DNA from: Vibrio alginolyticus NBRC 15630 = ATCC 17749
GTDB lineage: Bacteria; Pseudomonadota; Gammaproteobacteria; Enterobacterales; Vibrionaceae
Reading direction: 5' to 3'
DNA length: 32,000 nucleotides
NCBI RefSeq assembly: GCF_000354175.2
Contig: NC_022349.1
Span: 2,130,001-2,162,000 of the forward strand
This document shows positions 1 through 16,467 of the stretch, piece after piece. The notes under the pieces are model-generated. The model was not told where the DNA came from, searched no databases, and saw only the letters and a program-made list of their open reading frames with translations. Numbering within the stretch: position 1 is the first letter of the stretch; the number at the start of each line of letters is the position of its first letter. Position numbers and translations under genes: made by a program.

Positions 1-94
1 AATCATTTCCGATAGGTTCAAGAATAGATCCAAGCATCAACTCATCAGCACCAACAAGAAAAGCAACGAGAAATAGGATCATGGACTGCATCAT
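1..94 (-). CDS. 5' end of a membrane-protein gene (partial, runs off the window)
   Basis: ATG at 94..92 reads MMQSMILFLVAFLVGADELMLGSILEPIGND, a hydrophobic N-terminus. The ATG overlaps the ABC-F stop codon as ATGA (91..94), which suggests one operon. Only 31 codons are visible, so no family can be assigned. Confidence 0.4.
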   Translation of the reverse strand, partial: MMQSMILFLVAFLVGADELMLGSILEPIGND

Positions 95-1662
95 AGCTCC
101 ACCTCCTGTTCTGTTTCCGATTCAGCACAAGTGAGCAACGAAATATCTAAAACTCTATCAGGCCAAGATTGCAAAAATACCTTCTCATGAGATACCACAA
201 TCACGCTACCGGAAAAGCGCTGGAGAGCCTCTTTAAGCGCATTTTTACTGCTGCTATCCAAGTGTGTTGTTGGTTCGTCCAACAGCAAAACATTGCATTT
301 CTGAACCGATAAACAACACAGCTTCACCCGAGTTTGCTCACCACCGCTCAATGTATCTAAGTGGCGCTGCGTCTTATCCCCCGTAATCCCAAAGCGAGCT
401 AATAGTTTGCGTGACTCTTTGCTTGAGATTGTTGGCGCACAAGAGCACAGCTCCTGTTCAGGTGTGTTCTGAGGATGGCGCCAAGACAAATCTTGAGAAA
501 AATAACTAATCATTGCACCTTTTGCCAATACCACCTCACCAGAGAGTGGCTCGATCTCCCTCATCAGGGTTTTAAGTAAGGTCGACTTACCCACGCCGTT
601 AAAACCAGCAACAACCAACTTTTCCCCGCGCGCTAACGTGATATCAAATACTGGAAGCAGAGGCTGCTGATAACCGATCATCAACGCTTTTGCGTCCATC
701 ACATTCGGTTGCCCAATGGGCTGGTAAGCAAAGTCAAACGTCGATACTTTCTCTACATGATTCAGTTGAATACGTTCGATTTTATCCAGTTTTTTCTTAC
801 GCCCTTTAGCAAGACTGGCGTTAACTCCTGCACCATTTTGGGCAATAAATTGCTCTAACTTTCGAATTTCATTTTGCTGAGCCTTATATTGCTTTTCTAT
901 CAAAGCACCATCGTGATGCTTTTGCTGCATTGCTTTGACATAAGTGCCGCTGTATTTTCGAACCGTTTGATAATCAATATCACAAATACTGGTCGCTACT
1001 TGATTAAGGAAATCAACATCATGAGAAACCAGTAAAACGGTGCCAATGTAATCATTGAGAAACGTGACTAGCCATTCAATGTGCGGAGCATCAAGATAGT
1101 TTGTCGGCTCATCAAGAATTAACACATCGGGGTTGCGAAGTAACAACCTGCCTAAAAGGACTTTGTGCCTTTGACCGCCACTTAGCGAGACAAGCGGTGT
1201 ATCTAAGCCAAATTGATAAATGCCAAGACCTACAGCAACTTGTTCAATTTTGGTATTAATTGCATAGAAGTTTTCATCTTCTAAATATGCCTGTAGCCGA
1301 GCGACTTGGCTTAAAAGAGATGTAGAGTGAGACTCGGTCATCGCATGATACAAAGTCCAAAGCTTCTGCTCGGCAGCGTATAAGTTCTCAAAAGCACTCT
1401 TTAAGCATTCATAAACCGTCAGCGCATTATCCATCTTAAAATGTTGCTCTAAATACCCCACCTCAAGGTTTGGTAACCAGTCAATGCAGCCCTTATCTGC
1501 AGATAATTCACCGAAAAGCAGTTTCAATAAGGTGCTTTTTCCAACACCATTCGCTCCGGTGATACCTACTTTCTCTCCCACGTTAATACGAAAGGTCACG
1601 TTGTTGTATAATGTCTTATCGGCTACCTGATAAGACAAATTTTTAACTTGTAAAATACTCAT
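91..1662 (-). CDS. ABC-F family ATPase (two ABC cassettes, no transmembrane domain)
   Basis: Walker A GANGVGKST and GFNGVGKST; signatures LSGGQ and LSGGE; Walker B LILDEP and LLLDEP; a charged inter-cassette linker. The ORF track starts at TTG 1674, but ATG 1662 (MSILQVKNL...) gives the usual ABC-F distance to Walker A. No obvious SD precedes either start. Confidence 0.9.
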   Translation of the reverse strand: MSILQVKNLSYQVADKTLYNNVTFRINVGEKVGITGANGVGKSTLLKLLFGELSADKGCIDWLPNLEVGYLEQHFKMDNALTVYECLKSAFENLYAAEQKLWTLYHAMTESHSTSLLSQVARLQAYLEDENFYAINTKIEQVAVGLGIYQFGLDTPLVSLSGGQRHKVLLGRLLLRNPDVLILDEPTNYLDAPHIEWLVTFLNDYIGTVLLVSHDVDFLNQVATSICDIDYQTVRKYSGTYVKAMQQKHHDGALIEKQYKAQQNEIRKLEQFIAQNGAGVNASLAKGRKKKLDKIERIQLNHVEKVSTFDFAYQPIGQPNVMDAKALMIGYQQPLLPVFDITLARGEKLVVAGFNGVGKSTLLKTLMREIEPLSGEVVLAKGAMISYFSQDLSWRHPQNTPEQELCSCAPTISSKESRKLLARFGITGDKTQRHLDTLSGGEQTRVKLCCLSVQKCNVLLLDEPTTHLDSSSKNALKEALQRFSGSVIVVSHEKVFLQSWPDRVLDISLLTCAESETEQEVEL

Positions 1663-1676
1663 GTTTTTAACCAAAT

Positions 1677-1705
1677 AAAAAAGGGCCGGTGATCAATACC
1701 GGCCC
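1677..1705 (-). terminator. Intrinsic terminator-like hairpin B directly upstream of the ABC-F start
   Basis: Minus strand reads GGGCCGGT-attgatc-ACCGGCCC followed by TTTTTTATTT. The stem is 8 bp and GC-rich. The T-run ends about 15 nt before ATG 1662. Confidence 0.65.
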
Positions 1706-1749
1706 TTATTTCAATACTGGGTAATGCTTTGTAGCTGCTTAACAGATAC

Positions 1750-1779
1750 AAAAAGGCCGATGATGAAATATCACCGGCC
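1750..1779 (-). terminator. Intrinsic terminator-like hairpin A
   Basis: Minus strand reads GGCCGGTGAT-atttc-ATCATCGGCC (9 of 10 pairs) followed by TTTTT. Confidence 0.55.
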
Positions 1780-2540
1780 ATCTCTTCTCTTTTATCAGGT
1801 GTACAAGCTCCTGCGTATAACTTCAGCGAAGCTACCCACACATAAAACACCTGATGAAGATAATTTAAGACTCCGAGCAACACTTCATCGCGTTTTTTGC
1901 ACGGAGTTCAGCCTTCTTACAAAGCTTTTAAACAAGAGATATAACATGATTTACTGTCGAAAAAATATTCGATGTGAAGCGTACACCTTTAGAATAAAAA
2001 GTACCAGATAATTGTTAAAACTATCGTGACTTACACGAAGGTCCACAGAAAGAAGACTTTTCCTCAGTCAATGTGCCAGGTGAACTGCTTACTCTGCAAA
2101 CACAGCTATGAAAGCACCTATACCGCTCACGTTATATACGTACGTAGTGGTGGCTTTGAAGGTTAGAGGGAAGAAGTAGCGAATATACTTTAAGACACTG
2201 GCTTAAATAGATCGACAAAACAAAATCCATGTTTGGAAAGTTTTAAATGCGCTGAGTTTATATTAATAAGCGCCTATGGCTAAATCAAAACATCTAAAGC
2301 AGAGAAATCTCCCCCGAAAATAACATAACCTAGTGAATAAATTTTCCAGGTAATAATAAAGGAAGCTTTGGTAAGTTAAGCACAGGGGCTCAAAACTAGC
2401 GCTAGAGACTGCAGGAACCACACAAAACTGCGTTCCACTTCACTCAAACAGGGCTTAGAAAGCATCGCCAGAGGGAAGCCGGCCTCTCGATGCAAGGTTT
2501 CAATATGAAAGTGGGTTTAAGGTAAGTCGGGGAACTAAAA

Positions 2541-2572
2541 CGAAAAAAGCCTCAATCTTTCCACTGAGGCTT
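2541..2572 (-). terminator. Rho-independent terminator of the distal rRNA operon
   Basis: Minus strand reads AAGCCTCA-10 nt loop-TGAGGCTT followed by TTTTTC. It begins 8 nt downstream of the tRNA-Asp CCA end. Confidence 0.75.
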
Positions 2573-2580
2573 AATATAAG

Positions 2581-2657
2581 TGGCGGAGTGGACGGGACTC
2601 GAACCCGCGACCCCCGGCGTGACAGGCCGGTATTCTAACCAACTGAACTACCACTCC
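2581..2657 (-). tRNA. tRNA-Asp (anticodon GTC), distal tRNA of the rRNA operon
   Basis: The reverse complement GGAGTGGTAGTTCAGTTGGTTAGAATACCGGCCTGTCACGCCGGGGGTCGCGGGTTCGAGTCCCGTCCACTCCGCCA folds as a cloverleaf. The anticodon loop is CTGTCAC and the CCA end is encoded. It is near-identical to E. coli tRNA-Asp. Confidence 0.97.
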
Positions 2658-2733
2658 GCAGTGGTATCACTCGCTTTAATAAGCAAGTGTCCGCTTTTGT
2701 CTTCACTTTTCGAAAAAGTGAAAATAAAACTAA

Positions 2734-2853
2734 AGCCTGGCGATGTCCTACTCTCACATGGGGAAGCCCCACACTACCATCGGCGCTATTTCGTTTCACT
2801 TCTGAGTTCGGCATGGAAATCAGGTGGGTCCAAAACGCTATGGTCGCCAAGCA
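2734..2853 (-). rRNA. rrf: 5S rRNA (operon 1)
   Basis: The reverse complement starts TGCTTGGCGACCATAGCG and ends GTAGGACATCGCCAGGCT. It is collinear with E. coli 5S, including CCGAACTCAGAAGTGAAAC. Ends are accurate to a few nt. Confidence 0.95.
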
Positions 2854-2944
2854 AATTCTTTAATTCGGAAAGCTGTTTTTTAATTCTCGTTCTTACACAT
2901 TCAATGTTCTTTCATTGAGTCCATCAAAACCCCTTGGGTGTTGT

Positions 2945-5834
<2,890 letters not shown>

Positions 5835-6058
5835 ATACAACCCGAAGGAGTTTCGAGTTGATGTTCAAATCACCAAAGTTGTCTCTCATTATTTGAATGA
5901 ACGAGAGACATATCGATTTTGCCGGACTCAATTTCGAATAATCACTGTAAAAGTGATATTCCCAAGAACACTTGAATGTGTTTTTTGGTGTTTGTCTTAA
6001 AGACAAACATTGAGAACTTTACAAACAATCTTAAAGATTGTTTTGTCAGCTTTCCAAA

Positions 6059-6070
6059 TTGTTAAAGAGC
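6059..6070 (-). promoter_or_regulatory. boxA antitermination element in the 16S-23S spacer (operon 1)
   Basis: Minus strand reads GCTCTTTAACAA, matching 12 of the 13 nt of the E. coli rrn boxA consensus TGCTCTTTAACAA. Confidence 0.75.
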
Positions 6071-6128
6071 TAATCACTTCTAATGAAGTAACCATTTTTA
6101 AAAACTCTCAAGAGAGAATGTTTAAAGA

Positions 6129-6204
6129 TGGTGGGCGATACCGGGCTCGAACCAGTGACCCCCTGCTTGTAAGGCAGGTGCTCTCCCAACTGAGCTAATC
6201 GCCC
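6129..6204 (-). tRNA. tRNA-Val (anticodon TAC) in the spacer
   Basis: The reverse complement is GGGCGATTAGCTCAGTTGGGAGAGCACCTGCCTTACAAGCAGGGGGTCACTGGTTCGAGCCCGGTATCGCCCACCA. The anticodon loop is CTTACAA. Confidence 0.96.
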
Positions 6205-6242
6205 ACATTAGTTTTACTTCTTAGTGGAAGAAGTTCCTCGAA

Positions 6243-6318
6243 TGGTGGAGCTATGCGGGATCGAACCGCAGACCTCCTGCGTGCAAGGCAGGCGCTCTCC
6301 CAGCTGAGCTATAGCCCC
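6243..6318 (-). tRNA. tRNA-Ala (anticodon TGC) in the spacer
   Basis: The reverse complement is GGGGCTATAGCTCAGCTGGGAGAGCGCCTGCCTTGCACGCAGGAGGTCTGCGGTTCGATCCCGCATAGCTCCACCA, near-identical to E. coli alaT-type tRNA. Confidence 0.97.
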
Positions 6319-6327
6319 ATCGAGAAA

Positions 6328-6403
6328 TGGTGGGTCGTGCAGGATTCGAACCTGCGACCAATTGATTAAAAGTCAACTGCTCTACCAACTGAGCTAACGA
6401 CCC
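6328..6403 (-). tRNA. tRNA-Lys (anticodon TTT) in the spacer
   Basis: The reverse complement is GGGTCGTTAGCTCAGTTGGTAGAGCAGTTGACTTTTAATCAATTGGTCGCAGGTTCGAATCCTGCACGACCCACCA, which matches E. coli tRNA-Lys as I recall it. Confidence 0.97.
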
Positions 6404-6405
6404 AA

Positions 6406-6481
6406 TGGTATCCCGTAGGGGAGTCGAACCCCTGTTACCGCCGTGAAAGGGCGGTGTCCTAGGCCTCTAGACGAACGGGAC
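6406..6481 (-). tRNA. tRNA-Glu (anticodon TTC) in the spacer
   Basis: The reverse complement is GTCCCGTTCGTCTAGAGGCCTAGGACACCGCCCTTTCACGGCGGTAACAGGGGTTCGACTCCCCTACGGGATACCA. Confidence 0.96.
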
Positions 6482-6570
6482 ACTAAGTGAACATCTTGGG
6501 GGATGTTCTATCTCTTAAACTTCATAAACCGTATCAATCTGTGTGAACACTCATCGCAATAATCATCGTA

Positions 6571-8123
<1,553 letters not shown>

Positions 8124-8295
8124 AAGATTTTGTTCGGCTCAATGAATACTGAACATTACATAAAGTAATGTTTGAATTGACTGTGCTGAATCTTTCGATT
8201 CAATGGTCACTTCATTTCATTGAAACCTAATTTGATACCGAAGTATCGAATTGGATTATCATCAACGAGTGCCCACACAGATTGATAGGTCTATA

Positions 8296-8307
8296 TTGTT
8301 AAAGAGC
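8296..8307 (-). promoter_or_regulatory. boxA antitermination element in the 16S leader (operon 1)
   Basis: Minus strand reads GCTCTTTAACAA, between the P2-like promoter and 16S. Confidence 0.75.
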
Positions 8308-8344
8308 TTGGCTTTCAGTGCCTTAGCACTTAAGCGAGGTGCGT

Positions 8345-8372
8345 ATAATACGCTTTCCACTTTGAAAGTCAA
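8345..8372 (-). promoter_or_regulatory. rrn P2-like sigma70 promoter of operon 1
   Basis: Minus strand reads TTGACT-16 nt-TATTAT followed by ACGCACC, the same hexamers as E. coli rrnB P2. An A/T-rich block lies upstream. The -35 element sits only 67 bp from the upstream 5S gene. Confidence 0.7.
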
Positions 8373-8439
8373 CATAAAACTCTAAATTTATTTAGAACTT
8401 TATGGTGACTTGCTTATTTAATAAGCAAGTGCAAAATAA

Positions 8440-8559
8440 AGCCTGGCGATGTCCTACTCTCACATGGGGAAGCCCCACACTACCATCGGCGCTATTTCGT
8501 TTCACTTCTGAGTTCGGCATGGAAATCAGGTGGGTCCAAAACGCTATGGTCGCCAAGCA
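8440..8559 (-). rRNA. rrf: 5S rRNA (operon 2)
   Basis: Same sequence as 2734..2853, at a constant offset of 5706 nt. Confidence 0.95.
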
Positions 8560-8650
8560 AATTCTTTAATTCGGAAAGCTGTTTTTTAATTCTCGTTCTT
8601 ACACATTCAATGTTCTTTCATTGAGTCCATCAAAACCCCTTGGGTGTTGT

Positions 8651-11540
<2,890 letters not shown>

Positions 11541-11763
11541 ATACAACCCGAAGGAGTTTCGAGTTGATGTTCAAATCACCAAAGTTGTCTCTCATTATTT
11601 GAATGAGCGAGAGACATTTCGATTTTGCCGGACTCAATTTCGAATAATCACTTAAAAGTGATATTCCCAAGAACACTTGAATGTGTTTTTTGGTGTTTGT
11701 CATAAAGACAAACATTGAGAACTTTACAAACAATCTTAAAGATTGTTTTGTCAGCTTTCCAAA

Positions 11764-11775
11764 TTGTTAAAGAGC
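11764..11775 (-). promoter_or_regulatory. boxA antitermination element in the 16S-23S spacer (operon 2)
   Basis: Minus strand reads GCTCTTTAACAA. Confidence 0.75.
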
Positions 11776-11845
11776 TATGTTAGCTACAAGCTTGCGCTTG
11801 TGAACTATCAATCTGTGTGGACACTCATCGTGTATAATCATCGTT

Positions 11846-13398
<1,553 letters not shown>

Positions 13399-13569
13399 AA
13401 GATTTTGTTCGGCTCAATGAATACTGAACATTACATAAGTAATGTTTGAATTGACTGTGCTGAATCTTTCGATTCAATGGTCACTTCGTATCATTGAAAC
13501 CTAATTTGAAGCCGAAGCTTCTAATTGGATTATCATCAACGAGTGCCCACACAGATTGATAGGTTCTTA

Positions 13570-13581
13570 TTTTTAAAGAGC
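13570..13581 (-). promoter_or_regulatory. boxA-like element in the 16S leader (operon 2)
   Basis: Minus strand reads GCTCTTTAAAAA, one mismatch from the copy at 8296..8307. Confidence 0.55.
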
Positions 13582-13628
13582 TTTTCTAACATTTTCAGCA
13601 ACTTAGTTACTCGTTGTTAGGGGTGCGT

Positions 13629-13656
13629 ATCTTACTTCACACCGTGAGAGAGTCAA
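13629..13656 (-). promoter_or_regulatory. rrn P2-like promoter of operon 2
   Basis: Minus strand reads TTGACT-16 nt-TAAGAT followed by ACGCACCCC. Confidence 0.6.
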
Positions 13657-13734
13657 GCATTTTTTTCAAATTCTTTTTTCTCTCTTCCCGACTCGCTGTG
13701 TGACTTTCGTCTCACTCCGTGTCGGTGGATGCGC

Positions 13735-13785
13735 AGTATAGGGGGTTGAGAAATTAGCACAAGCGTTTTTTGCAAAAAAACTTTC
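13735..13785 (-). promoter_or_regulatory. rrn P1-like promoter with UP-element-like A/T tract (operon 2)
   Basis: Minus strand reads AAAGTTTTTTTGCAAAAAACGC-TTGTGC-16 nt-TATACT-GCGCATCC. It has a 16-nt spacer and a GC-rich discriminator, as in E. coli rrnB P1 (TTGTCA-16-TATAAT-GCGCC). Confidence 0.7.
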
Positions 13786-13971
13786 AACCGCACAAATAAC
13801 GAGCATTCTGCATAAATACTCAACGATCTTGTCTAATATTTCGGGTTTCAGAGGATCTTTTCATGATGAAACACCTGACTTCTGCATTAAAAGATCGCCG
13901 ATTTCTTTGTGATTTTGATTGCTGATCTTATCTCTCTTGATTCTTTTTTCTTTTTCTATCTATATAAAGAC

Positions 13972-14005
13972 GAAAAAAAGAGCAGAACGATAACGAACTG
14001 CTCTT
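13972..14005 (-). terminator. Rho-independent terminator, probably ending the cadBA transcript
   Basis: Minus strand reads AAGAGCAG-12 nt loop-CTGCTCTT followed by TTTTTTCG. It lies about 210 nt downstream of the cadA stop. Confidence 0.6.
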
Positions 14006-14214
14006 TGGTCTTTGCTTTTTACTTGGGGTACTTCAGGTGAAGTCTTGGAAATTACTTCTTCTATATAGAAGAAAAGATCAGAGCATCCTTGCCCTTCTCT
14101 TTTACGACAGATTAGCTAGGGGTATATCTAAATGTCGTGGTTGTTCGATGACACATTGAGCTCGTAAGAGTGGAGCATGCTTGCATTCCCAATGGCGTCA
14201 TCTTCGAGAGGAAC

Positions 14215-16350
14215 TTAGTTCTTCAATACTTTTACGGTGTAGCTACCATCTTTTTGTTGGTACAGGCCGTGGATGTCGGTTTCGAAACCTGGGTAATGCG
14301 CACCGATCTCACAAAGCATCTCTAGGAAGTCCAGCACTGGGCGAGACTCTTGAGTCACCATTTCACCAGGAAGTACTAGTGGCACACCTGGAGGGTAAGG
14401 AAGGATCATGTTCGCACTTACGCGGCCAACCATTTCTTCCAGTTTGATTTCTTCTACGTTACCGCGAAGCTCTTCTTGCCATGCTGCGTGTGGTGTTACT
14501 TTCATTTCTGGAAGTACATCGAACGCTTTGTACATTAGTTCTGGTAGGTTGTATTTCTTAGTTAGGTCATGAATTGCTTGTGCCAATTCTTGAACGCGCA
14601 TGCCTTCATAGAAGCTTGGATCTTCGTTATATAGCGAAGGAAGGAAGCTCTTGATGGTTAGGTTCAAGTCGTAGCCACGTTTAAATTCAGTCAGACCGCG
14701 TAGTAATTGCATTGCTTTTGATTTGTCGATACCGATTGAGAATAGGAACAACAAGTTGTATGGGCCTGTTTTCTCAACCACGATGCCGCGCTCGTCTAGG
14801 AATTTAGCCACCAGCGAAGCAGGAATACCTGATTCTTCTAGTTCGCCTTCTTTATTCATCCCCGGAGTCAGTAGCGTTACTTTGATTGGGTCAAGATACA
14901 TGTGGTTGTCATCCATGTTCTTGAAGCCGTGCCATGTATCGCTAGGGTCTAGTTTCCAACATTCTGTGGTATCGATGTTTTCTGGTTGCCATACATCGAA
15001 GAACCAGCTGTCACTTTCTGCTTCTAGGCGTTTGATCTCTTTACGGAAGCGGATTGCGCGATCGATAGAGTCTTGCATTAACTTCTTACCAGTGTTGCCG
15101 CGCATCATTGCCGCTGCAGTTTCAGTAGAAGCAACAATGCCGTACTGAGGTGAAGTTGAAGTGTGCATCATGAATGCTTCGTTGAAAGACTCTTTATCAA
15201 AGTCACCTTTCACGTGAATCATTGAAGCTTGTGAGAACGCTGCCAACAGTTTGTGTGTTGATTGTGTCTCGTAGAACACTTTGCCTGGCATCGCTTCACC
15301 ACTCATACCACATTTACCTTCGTAAATTGGGTTGAAGTTAGTGTAAGGCACCCAAGCACTGTCGAAGTGGATGTGTTTACAGTCTAGCGACTCTTTGATG
15401 AATTGTGTGTTGTACAACAGACCATCGTAAGTTGAGTTAGTCACTACTGCGTAACTTGGCGCTGTTGCACCTGGTGTTTTCGCCACTTTCTCTGCGATTA
15501 CATCGCGGCTGAATTCGCTTTGTGGAATACCACCAAGGATGCCGTATGCGTTACGAGTTGGGCGGAAGTAGATTGGTGTCACGTCGCTCATCATCATTAG
15601 GTGAGTCAGAGATTTGTGACAGTTACGGTCAATCAGCACTGTGCTGCCCGCAGGCGCTGAGTACATGCCAACAATTTTGTTCGATGTAGACGTACCGTTC
15701 GTTACGATGTAAGAGCTGTCCGCATTGAATGTACGTGCGATGTATTCTTCTGCATCTTTATGTGGACCTGAGTGATCTAGTAGAGAACCTAACTCAGGCA
15801 TTGAGATTGATACGTCCGCTTTAAATGTATTTGGACCATAAAAATCGTAGAAGATGCTACCAGCAGGGCTTTTCTGGAATGCAGTACCACCCATGTGACC
15901 TGGAGTACAGAAGGTGTATTTACCTTCTTCTACGTATTTGAATAGCGCTTTAGTGAATGGAGGCATGATGGCATCTTTGTATGCCTCTGTCGCTTGGTTG
16001 ATTTTGATAGCGATGTCGTCAGCCATACCTAAAGCATACTCGAAGAAGCTCACGTTTAGACGTAGGTCTGTTAGTGAAATATCGAGAGTAGACTGTTCGT
16101 TAGCAAATGCGTGAACAGGCAGTTTTTCGTTGATTTGGCTAATACGTTCACATAGCTCTAGTGAGTATTTATCCCAGTCGAACAGCACACCGCAAATGCG
16201 TGGGTTCATCTCAATCATTTTGATCAAGTCTTTATCATCTACTGGGTAAACCACTTCGTAGCCCGCTTTCTCAAGAGCAGCGTGAAGTTGACGAACTGGC
16301 TCTTCTTTAAAGAACACACCCATGTGGTTCAAGATAGCGAATATATTCAT
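14215..16350 (-). CDS. cadA: Inducible lysine decarboxylase
   Basis: 711 aa. Collinear with E. coli CadA from MNIFAILNHMGVFFKEEP to the C-terminus, including the SxHK PLP-lysine region QSTHKLL. I chose ATG 16350 with GGAG 8 nt upstream rather than the upstream ATG 16389 given in the track. Confidence 0.96.
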   Translation of the reverse strand: MNIFAILNHMGVFFKEEPVRQLHAALEKAGYEVVYPVDDKDLIKMIEMNPRICGVLFDWDKYSLELCERISQINEKLPVHAFANEQSTLDISLTDLRLNVSFFEYALGMADDIAIKINQATEAYKDAIMPPFTKALFKYVEEGKYTFCTPGHMGGTAFQKSPAGSIFYDFYGPNTFKADVSISMPELGSLLDHSGPHKDAEEYIARTFNADSSYIVTNGTSTSNKIVGMYSAPAGSTVLIDRNCHKSLTHLMMMSDVTPIYFRPTRNAYGILGGIPQSEFSRDVIAEKVAKTPGATAPSYAVVTNSTYDGLLYNTQFIKESLDCKHIHFDSAWVPYTNFNPIYEGKCGMSGEAMPGKVFYETQSTHKLLAAFSQASMIHVKGDFDKESFNEAFMMHTSTSPQYGIVASTETAAAMMRGNTGKKLMQDSIDRAIRFRKEIKRLEAESDSWFFDVWQPENIDTTECWKLDPSDTWHGFKNMDDNHMYLDPIKVTLLTPGMNKEGELEESGIPASLVAKFLDERGIVVEKTGPYNLLFLFSIGIDKSKAMQLLRGLTEFKRGYDLNLTIKSFLPSLYNEDPSFYEGMRVQELAQAIHDLTKKYNLPELMYKAFDVLPEMKVTPHAAWQEELRGNVEEIKLEEMVGRVSANMILPYPPGVPLVLPGEMVTQESRPVLDFLEMLCEIGAHYPGFETDIHGLYQQKDGSYTVKVLKN

Positions 16351-16437
16351 TTGGACATCTCCAAGGCGAATGAGGGCGCTCTTTGCCATTTACAGGCAAT
16401 GAGTAAGGTGAGCGCCGCGTGAATTTGGGTTTTATAG

Positions 16438-16457
16438 GCTGGCACCTTAGTGCCAGC
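16438..16457 (-). other. Intercistronic stem-loop between cadB and cadA
   Basis: GCTGGCAC-cuua-GUGCCAGC, a perfect 8-bp stem starting 10 nt after the cadB stop. No U-run follows on the coding strand, so this is more likely a processing or stability element than a terminator. Confidence 0.4.
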
Positions 16458-16467
16458 GTTTTGGGGA

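Noticed and set aside
1724-2011. A 95-aa plus-strand ORF in the ORF-free region.
   Set aside because: It has no SD and an implausible Cys/Arg/Leu-rich product, and it overlaps the terminator hairpins. I treat it as noise.
2041-2540. A search for a second distal tRNA downstream of tRNA-Asp, for example tRNA-Trp as in some E. coli rrn operons, or a degraded one.
   Set aside because: I could not find a T-arm GGTTCGA or anticodon-stem pattern, or any similarity to tRNA-Trp, on either strand.
13863-13925. A 20-codon plus-strand ORF (MMKHLTSALKDRRFLCDFDC) with AGAGGA 7 nt upstream, divergent from rrn P1.
   Set aside because: The SD is decent, but the ORF is very short, has no recognisable promoter or family, and coincides with the GATC-rich upstream region of rrn P1. 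It is not supportable without ribosome profiling or conservation data.
14181-16114. Plus-strand ORFs antisense to cadA (14181..14447, 14723..15148, 15914..16114). Similar antisense ORFs occur in purH (21247..21759), purD (22676..23005, 23078..23422), hemE (29365..29808), nudC (30659..31093) and cadB/cadC.
   Set aside because: These are shadow ORFs on the opposite strand of strongly supported genes. They have low-complexity Ser/Pro/Arg-rich products and no independent start signals.
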